Of a stretch of DNA of 64,000 nucleotides, positions 54,650 to 63,411 are shown in pieces. Numbering within the stretch: the first letter of the stretch is position 1; each line of letters starts with the position of its first letter. The position numbers and the translations under genes were made by a program. The stretch comes from Candidatus Omnitrophota bacterium (GTDB lineage: Bacteria; Omnitrophota; Gorgyraeia; Zapsychrales; Fredricksoniimonadaceae), in the NCBI GenBank assembly GCA_013285735.1, contig JABDGZ010000003.1, positions 19,756 through 83,755 on the forward strand. Reading direction: 5' to 3'. The notes under the pieces were generated by a model. The model did not search any database. It saw only the letters and a program-made list of their open reading frames with translations, and was not told where the DNA came from.

Positions 54650-56098
54650 ATGTTTGTCGAAATTAATTTTAAATCTCCATCCGTCGAAGTCAAAGATCAA
54701 CTTAAATATGATATATTTCAAGAGAAGGTGGGGATCGCATTCTTTGATTTGAGAGGCTTGCCAGTAGTTGTTGATGTTCAGGAAGTTTTAAATTGTTATA
54801 CCCAGCAAGGAGTTAGGGCATTATCTAATTTATGTCTTGGATATGCTTGTATTATTTGTGACGGACATCATCAAAGAGTGATATTTGCTTCTGATAATAC
54901 CGGGCATACAACTTTTTTTTATCAGGTCATCGGTAACAGAATTCAAATTTCTGACTCACTAAGTCCTTTAAACTTGTCTTGTGATGCGATGATTGATCGG
55001 CAATCATTTCAAATGTATCTTGAGTGTGGTTTTGTCCCTGGAGAGCGAACCATCTACAAAAATATCTTTAAATTACCACCTGGGGGGTATCTTACGATTG
55101 AAAAGGGACGTATTCATCGAGGGAATTACAGTGAGATTCCTCGGGTCATCCGACGACGAGTTGCTTCTTTAAAAGAAGAATTAAAAGAGAGCTTGGTTAC
55201 GAGTGTGGCAAGGACATTGTTAAAGCCAACAGGAGTCATGCTTAGTGGTGGATTTGATTCTTCCTTTCTTTGTCAAATAGCCCAAGCTTATGATAAGCAA
55301 GTCAGGACCTTTACGATTGGGAGTTGGGACTATAATCCACAGACCTTAGATCAAGGTATACGAATGGCCAAGATTTTAGGCACTCAACATGAAGTTATTG
55401 AAATAAGCATTGAAGAGTATTTATCTTCGTTGCCGTTGACAGCGTTGGCTATGGATGAGCCTGTATTAGATTTGGATACGGCTTTTATTTATCCAGCCCT
55501 TAGAAGAATGCCTGCTAAGATTGAATATTTGTTGCATGGAGTTGGCAGTGATCAATTAATCGGTAATCTTTTTGGTCAAATGAGAAAATTGGTTACGTCA
55601 AAGGCCCTAACTAGTTCTTCAGTATTCGGTAGGTATAAGGCTATTGCCAATTTAGATCGAAGGGCTGGGTTATTTTTTATAAGGGAAAAGATTCCGCAAG
55701 AAGTTCGATTGCATTATAGACTAAGTTCTAGGAAAGGGGCGCGCTTGATATTTCCTTTTTTGGAACCATCAATGGTCCGTCTTGCCTTACAAATGCCTAA
55801 TATATTAAGGAAAGATAAACAATTATTAAGGTCACTGGCCCCAACGCTCAATAAAATATTTGCGGTACAAATGAAAAGTAAGGTGACGGGGCAGATACCT
55901 GGTCAGTTAAAGGATTTAACATTGAAGGTCTATGGCAATGGCATCATGCAAAGCCGCTTATTGTGCGATCTGGTTGGGAAATCTCGTTTATCAGTTATTT
56001 TCTCATCCAGAAAGAAAGACGAAGCTTTGAGGCTGGTTGTATTTAGTTTATGGGTTAAGAAAAATCTTCGACATCAAGATCATTTGTCAGCAGCTTGA
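54650..56098 (+). CDS. Asparagine-synthetase-like ATP-dependent amidoligase lacking the N-terminal Cys nucleophile
   Basis: PP-loop MLSGGFDSSF. The N-terminus is MFVEINF, not MCG. Confidence 0.75.
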   Translation: MFVEINFKSPSVEVKDQLKYDIFQEKVGIAFFDLRGLPVVVDVQEVLNCYTQQGVRALSNLCLGYACIICDGHHQRVIFASDNTGHTTFFYQVIGNRIQISDSLSPLNLSCDAMIDRQSFQMYLECGFVPGERTIYKNIFKLPPGGYLTIEKGRIHRGNYSEIPRVIRRRVASLKEELKESLVTSVARTLLKPTGVMLSGGFDSSFLCQIAQAYDKQVRTFTIGSWDYNPQTLDQGIRMAKILGTQHEVIEISIEEYLSSLPLTALAMDEPVLDLDTAFIYPALRRMPAKIEYLLHGVGSDQLIGNLFGQMRKLVTSKALTSSSVFGRYKAIANLDRRAGLFFIREKIPQEVRLHYRLSSRKGARLIFPFLEPSMVRLALQMPNILRKDKQLLRSLAPTLNKIFAVQMKSKVTGQIPGQLKDLTLKVYGNGIMQSRLLCDLVGKSRLSVIFSSRKKDEALRLVVFSLWVKKNLRHQDHLSAA

Positions 56099-56126
56099 TT
56101 ATGTTGGTCAGGATAGGTTTTGAATT

Positions 56127-57161
56127 ATGAAATGTGATCAAAGAGAAAAAGAAATTTTAGCAAGAATTGAAAGCGACCTGCGTCATGTTTTTGCCCCATC
56201 CACCAAAGATAAACAAGTGCGTTTTGGTGGTGTGTGGGAAAGTCAAATTGAGGATTTGTCTAAAACTTTTATTCATGAAGATTTTTCGGTCGATGCCCAG
56301 GTGCTTCGAAAATTTCAACATCTCCAGGTATTTTTTTCGGATATGCCGACAGACCGGTTGTTTTTAAAAAAAATCTTACGAGGGGAAAATGCGTTACAAT
56401 TCAAACGAGATTTAATTGAATTAGTAGGCCTTTTTGAATTAGCTAAACAAACGCGTTTTCAAGACACTGGTATTTTGGATCTCTTAAAGCAATATCCCTG
56501 TAATCGAGTGGGAGATCCAAATGTTTTTATTTATGAGGGGTATCAGTATACAAGAAGATGGATCATCCGCATTTGGCACTTGTTGTTGTTTAAACATTAT
56601 TTGCAACCACGCTTGGAGACTGATTTTTGTTTATTGGATGTCGGCAGCAATTACGGAGTTTTTAACTATTTGATTAAAAAGGAATTTCCAAAGTCTTCGC
56701 AGATTTTAGTAGATTTTCCTCAGACCCTGGCGTTAGCGCATTATTATTTGGGAATATCATTCCCCAAAGCTAGAATAGCCAGTTATAAAGAATTAGCTAA
56801 GCTGGATGTGATTGATCGCAACTTTATTAAAGATTTTGATTTTATTTTGTTACCAACTTTTTTATATAAAAAGATCGCCCCACAGACGCTGGATGTATTT
56901 TGTAGTATTTCATCGTTATGGGAAATGTCGCGGGGATGGTTTGAATATTATATAAATGCTGAACCTTTTTCGAGTGTGAAATATTTCTTTTGTATGAGCA
57001 ATCAAGTTAAGTCGGTTTATTTTGACAAAGAATTGACGATTCTTGATTATCATTTGAGGGAGTTTAAAAAATTATATTTTCAAATCGCTCCTTCTTTCTT
57101 ACCCCCCAAAGAGCCAGAAACGCCCTATTTTGAATATATTGGGCAGAGAATAGGAGTTTAA
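56127..57161 (+). CDS. Class I SAM-methyltransferase-like protein (putative sugar O-methyltransferase), tentative
   Basis: LLDVGSNYGVFNYL resembles SAM motif I. 344 aa. Confidence 0.4.
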   Translation: MKCDQREKEILARIESDLRHVFAPSTKDKQVRFGGVWESQIEDLSKTFIHEDFSVDAQVLRKFQHLQVFFSDMPTDRLFLKKILRGENALQFKRDLIELVGLFELAKQTRFQDTGILDLLKQYPCNRVGDPNVFIYEGYQYTRRWIIRIWHLLLFKHYLQPRLETDFCLLDVGSNYGVFNYLIKKEFPKSSQILVDFPQTLALAHYYLGISFPKARIASYKELAKLDVIDRNFIKDFDFILLPTFLYKKIAPQTLDVFCSISSLWEMSRGWFEYYINAEPFSSVKYFFCMSNQVKSVYFDKELTILDYHLREFKKLYFQIAPSFLPPKEPETPYFEYIGQRIGV

Positions 57162-58210
57162 TTATCGAAAAATTAATTAATCAAATTAATCACGTTTGGT
57201 TATTCTTTACGGATCGATGTAACCTGGGCTGTGGGTATTGTTTTTATAAATATAGGACCCAACAACAGGTGATTTCTTTAAAGACTTTTGGGCACATTGT
57301 AGATTTTATCCGTCCTGTAGCTCCAGCGGAATTTGTATTTTCTGGTGGAGAGCCTTTGATGGATGCCGACAGGCTTAAAGAAATGATACAGGTTATTGAT
57401 CAGGAAAATCTCGCCCGGTATATTTCCGTACAAACTAATGCCACCTTATTGGATGCAGCGTTGATGCAGTTTTTCTTAGAACGGGGCGTTAATTTGGAGG
57501 TTGGTATTGATGGTGATGAACCAACAACGCAACGCAACCGGCCAGGTATTGGTCCTTATTTTTATAAGGATATTGTCCGTGGCGTTGAACTTGTCTTAGG
57601 TTCTAAAGGGTTTTTTACGACGACCATGGTTGTGCATCCAACCGGAGTCTCGAAAATGTTTGAAAATTTAAAATATTTAGCTGCCATGGGATTAACGTCT
57701 ATTGAAGCGCATCCAGCTTTTCTTGAAGTTTGGAATAAAGAATCATCAGATATATTTGTGGATCAATATCGTCAGATATGCGCTTGGGAATTAAAAGAAG
57801 GGAAGCATGGATTAATCGGTCGTGGTTATAGCAAGTCTTCCCCAGGAAGCTGGGATTTATTATCTGTTCCTAGCGGTAAAATTCTGACGAATTGGCTTTT
57901 ACTTTCATTTCCTGAAGAAGTTCGTGAAGAATTGTATGTCATGGATTTTAGTCAAAACGCTTCAGGAGACCTCTTGCCGCAGGGGGAACGTTATTTTAAA
58001 GCATTAGATTCATTTTTATCTGAACATCCTCGATGTTCTTATCGAAGTATCAGTAATTTTAATGCGATGCAGGCGGTTAAAACATCAGCAGGAGCTCGTT
58101 TTGAAGAAAGGGTCAGGAATTATATTGACCTTTGCGAACGCATAGAGACTATTGATCAAAAAATTATGGGAACAAACTTATGGCGAGCGTCAGGTACGAA
58201 AGTATATTAG
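57161..58210 (+). CDS. Radical SAM protein with no canonical start codon upstream of its cluster motif (ATT 57161 or ATC 57164 proposed)
   Basis: The frame is open from 57134. It reads IIEKLINQINHVWLFFTDRCNLGCGYC, with no ATG, GTG or TTG before the Cys motif. AGGAG sits at 57152-57156. The ORF-track start at 57269 would delete the CxxxCxxC motif. Confidence 0.6.
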   Translation: MIEKLINQINHVWLFFTDRCNLGCGYCFYKYRTQQQVISLKTFGHIVDFIRPVAPAEFVFSGGEPLMDADRLKEMIQVIDQENLARYISVQTNATLLDAALMQFFLERGVNLEVGIDGDEPTTQRNRPGIGPYFYKDIVRGVELVLGSKGFFTTTMVVHPTGVSKMFENLKYLAAMGLTSIEAHPAFLEVWNKESSDIFVDQYRQICAWELKEGKHGLIGRGYSKSSPGSWDLLSVPSGKILTNWLLLSFPEEVREELYVMDFSQNASGDLLPQGERYFKALDSFLSEHPRCSYRSISNFNAMQAVKTSAGARFEERVRNYIDLCERIETIDQKIMGTNLWRASGTKVY

Positions 58211-59289
58211 TCGAACAAGCATTAAGTCGTGAATACGCATCCGAATTGGATACTGTTCTCAAAGGAATGGCGGGTTTAAATGATATTAAACCGTTGATTC
58301 GTGAATTTGAGAAAGTTTTTGCCAAATATATCGGTGTCAAAGAAGCAGTTGCTGTTAATTCCGGAAGTGATGCTTTAAAAATGGCGTTGTTGGCGGCTGA
58401 TGTTGGTCGTGGAGATGAAGTTATTGTTCCTAATTTGACCTATCAAGCTGTTGCATTAGCGGTATGTTATTGTGGCGCAAAGCCAGTAGCTGTTGATGCC
58501 ATGAAAGAAGACCTAGAAATTAATCCTGAATTAATTGAAAAAGCTATCAGTAAGAAAACAAAAGCGTTAATTGCCGCCCATATGTTTGGACGTCCTTGTC
58601 AGATGGATAGGATTAAAATGATTTGTCAAAAAAAGAATATTATTTTAATTGAGGATGTTTGTCAGGCTGAAAGTTCCCGTTACAAAGGACAAATGTTGGG
58701 TAGTTTTGGAGACATGGCCGTATTTTCTTTTTCATATTATAAACCTTTGTCATCATGTGGCGGCGGAGGGGGCATGGTTGTCTGTTCTGAAAATAAATCT
58801 AAACGTATTCGACGATGGATGCAAGATTGGCAAGATGATGGGGAATTGTTAAAAACAGGGCAGCGGTTTGCGCCCATGGCCCTCATGGATTTAATCGCTT
58901 TGCGCGTTAAATTTTTTCATTTAAAAGAAATTATTAAGTCACGGTATCAAGCAAAAGCTTTATACGAGAAAAAACTTGGCGGTATCAAGGGTTTGACAAT
59001 CTTTAAAGATCAAGCGCAAACAGAAAGCGTTGCACAAAATTTTGTCATATGTGCTCAATCCCGAGATCTTTTATTTGATCAATTGATTAAGCAAGGGGTC
59101 ATGGCCCAAAAGGCATATTTGCCGTTACATCGAATGGCGGCATTGAAAGGGATTAAGAAGAAATTTCCGGTCAGTGAATGGTATGCTGATACGGCCTTAC
59201 ATCTTCCACTACATTCGTTTATGAGCCAGGATAAAATCGAGCATGTTGTTGCCTGTTGTCAGTCTTTTTTAAGAAGTCAAAATTTATGA
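58180..59289 (+). CDS. DegT/DnrJ/EryC1/StrS-family PLP-dependent sugar aminotransferase
   Basis: FEKVFAKYIGVKEAVAVNSGSDALKMAL, HMFGRPC, and SFSYYKPLSS (Lys region). An alternative start lies at 58267. Confidence 0.8.
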   Translation: MASVRYESILVEQALSREYASELDTVLKGMAGLNDIKPLIREFEKVFAKYIGVKEAVAVNSGSDALKMALLAADVGRGDEVIVPNLTYQAVALAVCYCGAKPVAVDAMKEDLEINPELIEKAISKKTKALIAAHMFGRPCQMDRIKMICQKKNIILIEDVCQAESSRYKGQMLGSFGDMAVFSFSYYKPLSSCGGGGGMVVCSENKSKRIRRWMQDWQDDGELLKTGQRFAPMALMDLIALRVKFFHLKEIIKSRYQAKALYEKKLGGIKGLTIFKDQAQTESVAQNFVICAQSRDLLFDQLIKQGVMAQKAYLPLHRMAALKGIKKKFPVSEWYADTALHLPLHSFMSQDKIEHVVACCQSFLRSQNL

Positions 59290-60257
59290 TCATTGATATC
59301 ATAGAAATGAAACAGCGATATTTAAAGCGGATTGCTGGGGCCCGTGATAAGAAAATTTTCATCGGTCCTGAAGTTGTAACTTTAAATATTAATACTTCAT
59401 GTAATCTTAATTGTCGTTTTTGTGGGCCTCAAGTTTCTCCTAATTCAGCTTTTTTGAATAAAAATATCGTTTTTAGATGGAAAAAAATTTTAGGGATTGT
59501 TCGTGATTGTATTGATTTGAAAGTTGATCAGATCGTTATCATGGGAACAGGGGAGCCAACAATTGACCCTTTGTTTCGACATATGATGCGCAAATTAGAG
59601 CAACAGCCTGTCTATGTCAAACTTTTCACAAATGGGACATTTCCTTCAGAGTATTGTTCTGATGTGATCAAAGGAGATCATGTAGTTATTAATTTGAGCA
59701 CGGTCGATCGACAACAGTATCATGATTTGCAAGGAGGAGATTTCTTTAACAATGTGGTGGCTAATATTAAGCATCTGGTCGCCTTGCGCGATGCGTACAA
59801 GCCAAGATTTCTTATTGAAATCGCTTATATTGTGAATGCCGCTAACATTAATCAAAAACAAAAAATGCAGGAATTGGCGTCTCAGCTTGGTGTCAACGCA
59901 GTTCATTTTAGAAAAATGGCCGTGAGTGATTATAACCGAGAAATCGCCTTACCTGATGGTTCTCCAGATGCTGTGGAAAAGAGGACTCCCTCTTTATGCT
60001 TAAGTGGTTGGTTTAATTTAGTTTTAAAATTAGATGGAAAGACCAGTGCTAGTACCTGTACCAATATCCATGGTCTACATTTTGGTGATATTGATAAATT
60101 GTCATTAAAAGAGATTTGGTTTTCACAGCATATGATGAACGTGAGACTTTTGGGTGGATTTGGCCAAATCCAAAAAATGTTTAAAGCTTGCCAAACTTGT
60201 TCTTTTTACGTTGAAAATGTTCAGCGAATACAAGATATGTCAGGAATCACATTATGA
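59286..60257 (+). CDS. Radical SAM protein
   Basis: CNLNCRFC motif, GTGEPTIDP, C-terminal CQTC. ATGA overlap with DegT. Confidence 0.8.
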   Translation: MIIDIIEMKQRYLKRIAGARDKKIFIGPEVVTLNINTSCNLNCRFCGPQVSPNSAFLNKNIVFRWKKILGIVRDCIDLKVDQIVIMGTGEPTIDPLFRHMMRKLEQQPVYVKLFTNGTFPSEYCSDVIKGDHVVINLSTVDRQQYHDLQGGDFFNNVVANIKHLVALRDAYKPRFLIEIAYIVNAANINQKQKMQELASQLGVNAVHFRKMAVSDYNREIALPDGSPDAVEKRTPSLCLSGWFNLVLKLDGKTSASTCTNIHGLHFGDIDKLSLKEIWFSQHMMNVRLLGGFGQIQKMFKACQTCSFYVENVQRIQDMSGITL

Positions 60258-61222
60258 AAATAAACCCGACTAAAATTAGGCTGGATGCCTCAACAGTTTG
60301 CCAGTTGAAATGCCCGTCTTGTTCTAATGCTCTTGGTTCTATTGATCAATCGCTGGGATCTAAGCATTTAAAATTTGTGCATTTTAAGCAATTGTTGGAA
60401 TCAAATCCATGGATACGCACTATTGAGTTGAGTAACTGGGGGGAGATTTTTTTGAATCCTGAGTTATTGGAGATTGCAAAGTATGCCTTTGAAAAAAACG
60501 TTATGCTCAATGCTGCCAACGGTGTTAATCTCAATACCATTCGGGAAGAAATGTTAGAGGCGTTGGTCAAATATCGATTTGGTGTAATCACGTGTTCCAT
60601 TGATGGGGCAAGCCAGGAGACCTACAAGATTTATCGAAAGAATGGTGATTTTGAGGTTGTTATAGCTAATATTAAAAAGATTAACGCATATAAGGTTAAA
60701 TATAACTCCCCGTTACCTAAATTACGTTGGCAATATATTGCCTTTGGGCACAATGAGCATGAGATCTTGAAGGCTAAGAAAATGGCTATTAAATTAGATA
60801 TGAAATTTCATTTGAAACTGGCATGGGGGGCAGGTTTTTCACCTATTAAAAGTAAAGAAATGATAAAGATGTTTTCCGGTTTAGATATCCTTAACAGAGA
60901 TGAATACCAAAAAAAATACGGCAAGTTTTATTTATCTGAAAGCATTTGCTCCCAAATGTGGATTCAGCCCCAGATTAATGCTGATGGGCGGGTATTGGGA
61001 TGCAGCGTAAATTACTGGGGAGATTATGGCAATGCGTTTAAGCAGGATCTTAAGGGAATTCTTAATAATGAAAAAATGAATTATGCCCGAGCCATGTTGC
61101 TTGGGAAAAAAGAATCCAGAGAAGATATTCCCTGTACAAAATGTCTTTGCTATATAGAAATGAAAAAGAATAATACGTGGTTATTTTCCAGGAGACAAGG
61201 TAATGAAGCCATTACTGGATGA
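60254..61222 (+). CDS. Radical SAM protein
   Basis: CQLKCPSC motif and NWGEIFLNP. ATGA overlap with the upstream rSAM gene. Confidence 0.8.
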   Translation: MKINPTKIRLDASTVCQLKCPSCSNALGSIDQSLGSKHLKFVHFKQLLESNPWIRTIELSNWGEIFLNPELLEIAKYAFEKNVMLNAANGVNLNTIREEMLEALVKYRFGVITCSIDGASQETYKIYRKNGDFEVVIANIKKINAYKVKYNSPLPKLRWQYIAFGHNEHEILKAKKMAIKLDMKFHLKLAWGAGFSPIKSKEMIKMFSGLDILNRDEYQKKYGKFYLSESICSQMWIQPQINADGRVLGCSVNYWGDYGNAFKQDLKGILNNEKMNYARAMLLGKKESREDIPCTKCLCYIEMKKNNTWLFSRRQGNEAITG

Positions 61223-62216
61223 TATTACGATTGAAATAACCAATCATTGCCAGCTTCATTGTCAACATTGTGGGATTTGGGCTGAGCCTGAGCGTCATGA
61301 AATGACAGCCGCCATGATTGTGCGTTCTATCAGTGAACTGCTTGGCAAATATCAGATTAAATTTGTCTCTATCACAGGTGGTGAGCCTTTTTTAAATCGT
61401 AATTGTGGGCGGCTCTTAAAGGCCTTGTCTATTTTAAGAGAACGTCGCGATATTAATGGTTTTGGGGTGTATAGCAATGCGGCTTACTTTGAGGGTGTTC
61501 GTCGGGTTTTGACCAATTATATGCCTTATGTGCGGGGGATGCATATGGGGATAAGTGTCGATGGTAACCCGCAGACGCATGATGTGTTAAGAGGCCAAGG
61601 TTTCTATCAAAAGACTTTTAAAACCATTGATTGGATCGTGGAAAATTTCAAGAAGCATATTATTTTAGAATTTAAATTTACGATTAACAGTGTTAATTAT
61701 GCGGATTTGTATGATGTTTATCAACTAGCCCGTCGTTATGATGTACGTTTTTCGCCGAAGATCATGGAGTCATCAGTGAAAGATTATTACCACCGTCATC
61801 AAATGCCCAATACAGATGCATTAGCTGCATTGTCCAAGGATCAAATTAAGCAGGTAAAGTCCCAAATTAATCAGATGCTCAAGGATGATTATCATGGTGT
61901 AGATCGTCAGATGGTTGAGGCAAGTATGGTGTTATTAGAAGGAGGTCGCCAATGCATCCGTGCCTGCGAAACCCCAGCACGTTCATTGTTCATTACTTCC
62001 AGACGAGAGGTTTTTCCTTGCTTATATATGTCATCAGCAGGATTTTTATCTAATCAGGGAGCCTTACCCGCTGCATTGGATGAAGTAAGATCAATGCATG
62101 CTCAAAATGCAGCTCAAGGTCAATGTCCTGGATGCTTTGCCTACCATGGATTCTTAAAGAAATTCAATCTAGCTTATCTTCAAGTACCCAACGTGCAGTC
62201 GTCTCAGCACCGTTAA
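61203..62216 (+). CDS. Radical SAM protein with SPASM/twitch-like C-terminal Cys cluster
   Basis: CQLHCQHC motif, TGGEPFLN, and C-terminal CIRAC...C...CPGC. Confidence 0.8.
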   Translation: MKPLLDDITIEITNHCQLHCQHCGIWAEPERHEMTAAMIVRSISELLGKYQIKFVSITGGEPFLNRNCGRLLKALSILRERRDINGFGVYSNAAYFEGVRRVLTNYMPYVRGMHMGISVDGNPQTHDVLRGQGFYQKTFKTIDWIVENFKKHIILEFKFTINSVNYADLYDVYQLARRYDVRFSPKIMESSVKDYYHRHQMPNTDALAALSKDQIKQVKSQINQMLKDDYHGVDRQMVEASMVLLEGGRQCIRACETPARSLFITSRREVFPCLYMSSAGFLSNQGALPAALDEVRSMHAQNAAQGQCPGCFAYHGFLKKFNLAYLQVPNVQSSQHR

Positions 62217-63378
62217 ACCAACTTGCAGGTGCAGATTTTGGTTTAGGGCTTTTCAATTTATTTCTGATCGCTTGGGCCAAGGTCTGTGCATTGAGTTTAT
62301 CATATTCAATCACCTGGGCTTGAAAACGTTCTTGCATCAGATGCGCTCGTGCCACCTGATCGTTGGTGGTGGTTTTAAGGAGTGTATTTCTTGAAAGAGT
62401 ATTTTGATAGGGCACCAAAATAGAAGGTGTGCCAAAGCGCATCAATTGCACGGAGGTATTATAGCCACATAAACTGATCGAGACTTTGCAGTCTTGAAAT
62501 AATTGATCTAGATGTTCTGTTTGATCAATGAGGGTGATGCGGGCTAAATCTTTGGGTTTCAAACAGGATTGAAAGAGAGCTTTTTCTTCATCTGTAGTGG
62601 CTGGACCTGTGCTAATGATCATATGGATATTATCTTTGATCAGGCGTTGAGCTTCAATCGCACAGGTGATGATATTTGGATAAACAGCTCCACCCCCACG
62701 AGAAACAACGATCAACGGTGCTTTCTTATCAAATTTAGGCAAAGGTTTTTGTTTAACCATCACCTGTTCGGGAAAAACATAGCCGGTGTATTTAATTTTA
62801 TCTTTAAGATCATCCATGATTCTTTGATACATATCAGCCAGGACAGGGGATTGAATGCTTTGATGGATATAGGTGTTTTCAAGTTCCTGAGGCGTGTGAA
62901 TTAAAAAGGCATCATATAAAGCAAAGATGGCCCGATGAATCGCAGCAAACGATTTATCTTGAAGTTTATTTAAATCAATAATTAAGGGATATCCAATACT
63001 TGAAATTATTTTTGTCCCTTTCTTGCGTAAGAATTTTAAAGTGGGCAATAATTCCGCAGCATAAGCTAGGCGGCCAAAAGGGAAGAATTCAGTGATGAAG
63101 ACATCAGGTTTAAACGCTGCAGCTGTCCGTAAAATAAATTTGGCGCGCTCAGAAGATGAATGCGGTATGACATGACTCTGAAAACTTTCCCTGGTATCAA
63201 AGGGGCTTGGAATATCTTTGACAATTGCCCCTTTAGGAAAACGAATAAAGGGTTGAATTTGACCACCTTGCAGGATCAAAATATCTGATTTATGACGACA
63301 AAAAGCAGTGGCTAAGGATATGCTTCGGGTCGTATGACCTAAGGTTTGTTTGTGGGTGTAGTGAAATAAAATTCGCAT
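62164..63378 (-). CDS. GT-B-fold glycosyltransferase-like protein (COG4671/GT28-like), paralog B
   Basis: LGHTTR, FITEFFPFG, GYPL, RGGGAVYP, TGPATTDEE and CGYNTS blocks are shared with 42850-44091. Confidence 0.6.
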   Translation of the reverse strand: MRILFHYTHKQTLGHTTRSISLATAFCRHKSDILILQGGQIQPFIRFPKGAIVKDIPSPFDTRESFQSHVIPHSSSERAKFILRTAAAFKPDVFITEFFPFGRLAYAAELLPTLKFLRKKGTKIISSIGYPLIIDLNKLQDKSFAAIHRAIFALYDAFLIHTPQELENTYIHQSIQSPVLADMYQRIMDDLKDKIKYTGYVFPEQVMVKQKPLPKFDKKAPLIVVSRGGGAVYPNIITCAIEAQRLIKDNIHMIISTGPATTDEEKALFQSCLKPKDLARITLIDQTEHLDQLFQDCKVSISLCGYNTSVQLMRFGTPSILVPYQNTLSRNTLLKTTTNDQVARAHLMQERFQAQVIEYDKLNAQTLAQAIRNKLKSPKPKSAPASWFNGAETTARWVLEDKLD

Positions 63379-63411
63379 CGTGTAATCCTAAGTAGTATAC
63401 TAAATTATCAA

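Noticed and set aside
54650-56098. The AsnB-like gene as a lasso-peptide cyclase.
   Set aside because: There is no transglutaminase-like B protease and no RRE protein. No precursor has the expected Gly/Cys-1 with Asp/Glu at position 7-9 in its core. The 91-aa and 32-aa peptides do not fit that pattern.
57120-57165. A programmed -1 frameshift fusing the methyltransferase-like ORF (56127-57161) to the radical-SAM frame.
   Set aside because: The frames do differ by -1. However, the 25-nt overlap window (57134-57158) contains no X_XXY_YYZ slippery heptamer and no obvious downstream structure. An AGGAG followed by ATT/ATC initiation is the simpler explanation.
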